Shown here in pieces: positions 23,553 through 24,000 of a stretch of DNA of 24,000 bases. This DNA is from Candidatus Caldarchaeum subterraneum. GTDB taxonomy: Archaea; Thermoproteota; Nitrososphaeria_A; Caldarchaeales; Caldarchaeaceae. Below the pieces are notes generated by a model that was given only the letters and a program-made list of their open reading frames with translations, was not told the DNA's origin and did not search any database. Made by a program: the position numbers and the translations under genes. Each line of letters begins with the position of its first letter. The first letter of the stretch is position 1. The DNA lies in NCBI GenBank assembly GCA_000270325.1, contig BA000048.1, positions 187,041 through 211,040 on the forward strand, written 5' to 3'.

Positions 23553-23604
23553 CTAGCCGGGTTTTTGGATTATGTTAAAATGATAGTTAAAAACGTGCCA
23601 TGTT

Positions 23605-24000
23605 GTGAAGAGAAAATTTATAGTAATTTTCGCGGTCGTTTTTGTGGCCGCCGTAGCCGGGTTCTTCACCATGCTCAGTCAGCGTCCGGAGGTTAGGTCT
23701 TTGACGGTCACCGTGTATGAATTCGGGTATAGGGTCGATGGCGGCGAGCCTACAATAAGGATGAAAGCCGGTGAGGAGGTTAGAATATTGTTCGAAAACA
23801 GGGGAACACATGACCATGAGTTTCTCCTAGTCCGTGACAAGGATGAGGCAATTGGGGTTGTGGAGAAAAAACTTGAGGCCGGTGCATCAGACGCGGAGCT
23901 TGACAGGCTTAAGGCAGAGATGGCTCTCATGGGTGTCCGGTTCGAGTCTGAGCCGGGCGGTACATCGGTTTTTAGGCTTAGGTTGACAGAACCCGGAACA
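23605..24000 (+). CDS. Membrane-anchored cupredoxin-like protein, 5' partial (runs off the window); paralog of 14505..15113
   Basis: This ORF is absent from the ORF track because it is open-ended. From GTG at 23605 it reads VKRKFIVIFAVVFVAAVAGFFTMLSQRPEVRSLTVTVYEFGYRVDGGEPTIRMKAGEEVRILFENRGTHDHEFLLVRDKDEAIGVVEKKLEAGASDAELDRLKAEMALMGVRFESEPGGTSVFRLRLTEPGT, with no stop through 24000. It shares the TM anchor, the EFGY..P.I..K.GE.V strands, a His-containing ligand strand, an inserted helical segment and then ..PGT, the same layout as the 202-aa protein. Confidence 0.65.
   Translation, partial: MKRKFIVIFAVVFVAAVAGFFTMLSQRPEVRSLTVTVYEFGYRVDGGEPTIRMKAGEEVRILFENRGTHDHEFLLVRDKDEAIGVVEKKLEAGASDAELDRLKAEMALMGVRFESEPGGTSVFRLRLTEPGT

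Noticed and set aside
23367-23930. ORFs 23367..23696 (+), 23587..23817 (-) and 23679..23930 (-)
   Set aside because: They overlap the membrane gene or the open-ended cupredoxin frame, which has clear TM plus cupredoxin features. These ORFs have no recognisable motifs and show shadow-frame composition.
1-24000. CRISPR arrays, rRNA genes, IS transposases, toxin-antitoxin or known defence systems
   Set aside because: No regularly spaced direct repeats, rRNA-like sequence, transposase/integrase motifs or recognisable defence-gene motifs were found on either strand.

Overview
This is a densely coding chromosomal window that looks archaeal, probably Thermoproteota/TACK-like. Evidence for that: three tRNAs with no encoded CCA, one carrying a bulge-helix-bulge intron in the D-arm; a type-2 methionine aminopeptidase; a free-standing LAGLIDADG protein; many ATGA/TTGA gene overlaps; and frequent GTG/TTG starts.

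Gene content, left to right:
- tRNA-Met(CAT), a MOSC protein, tRNA-Gly(TCC) and a LAGLIDADG endonuclease-like gene.
- A translationally coupled GT-B glycosyltransferase and MscS channel, then MetAP.
- A minus-strand four-gene cluster: a 179-aa unknown, a type IA topoisomerase, a DUF1512-like membrane protein and a Zn-ribbon protein.
- An intron-containing tRNA-Phe(GAA), an SDR, Ogt, and an Rdx/SelW-like CxxC protein with a small membrane partner.
- A membrane-anchored PQQ-dehydrogenase-family beta-propeller, a double-anchored NTF2-like protein, and an operon of a secreted Cys-rich protein plus a CuA-like cupredoxin.
- An FbpABC/ThiBPQ-like ABC transporter with an extra signal-less NMT1-like binding-fold protein, and a wHTH regulator.
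- A polytopic membrane protein followed by a clear PqqC homolog, and a second (partial) cupredoxin paralog at the window edge.

Main findings:
1. The PqqC reading frame carries PqqC-like sequence for 18 codons upstream of its ATG. That stretch has no start codon and opens exactly at an A8 run that forms an A_AAA_AAA heptamer in the frame of the upstream membrane gene. This points to a -1 frameshift or slippage fusion (or a homopolymer indel) giving a membrane-tethered PqqC of about 497 aa.
2. PqqC, a quinoprotein dehydrogenase and two orphan cupredoxins lie in the same 12 kb of an archaeal genome, with no pqqA/B/D/E visible in the window. This suggests a previously undescribed extracytoplasmic PQQ/copper redox module.

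No CRISPR array, rRNA or classical transposase was seen.
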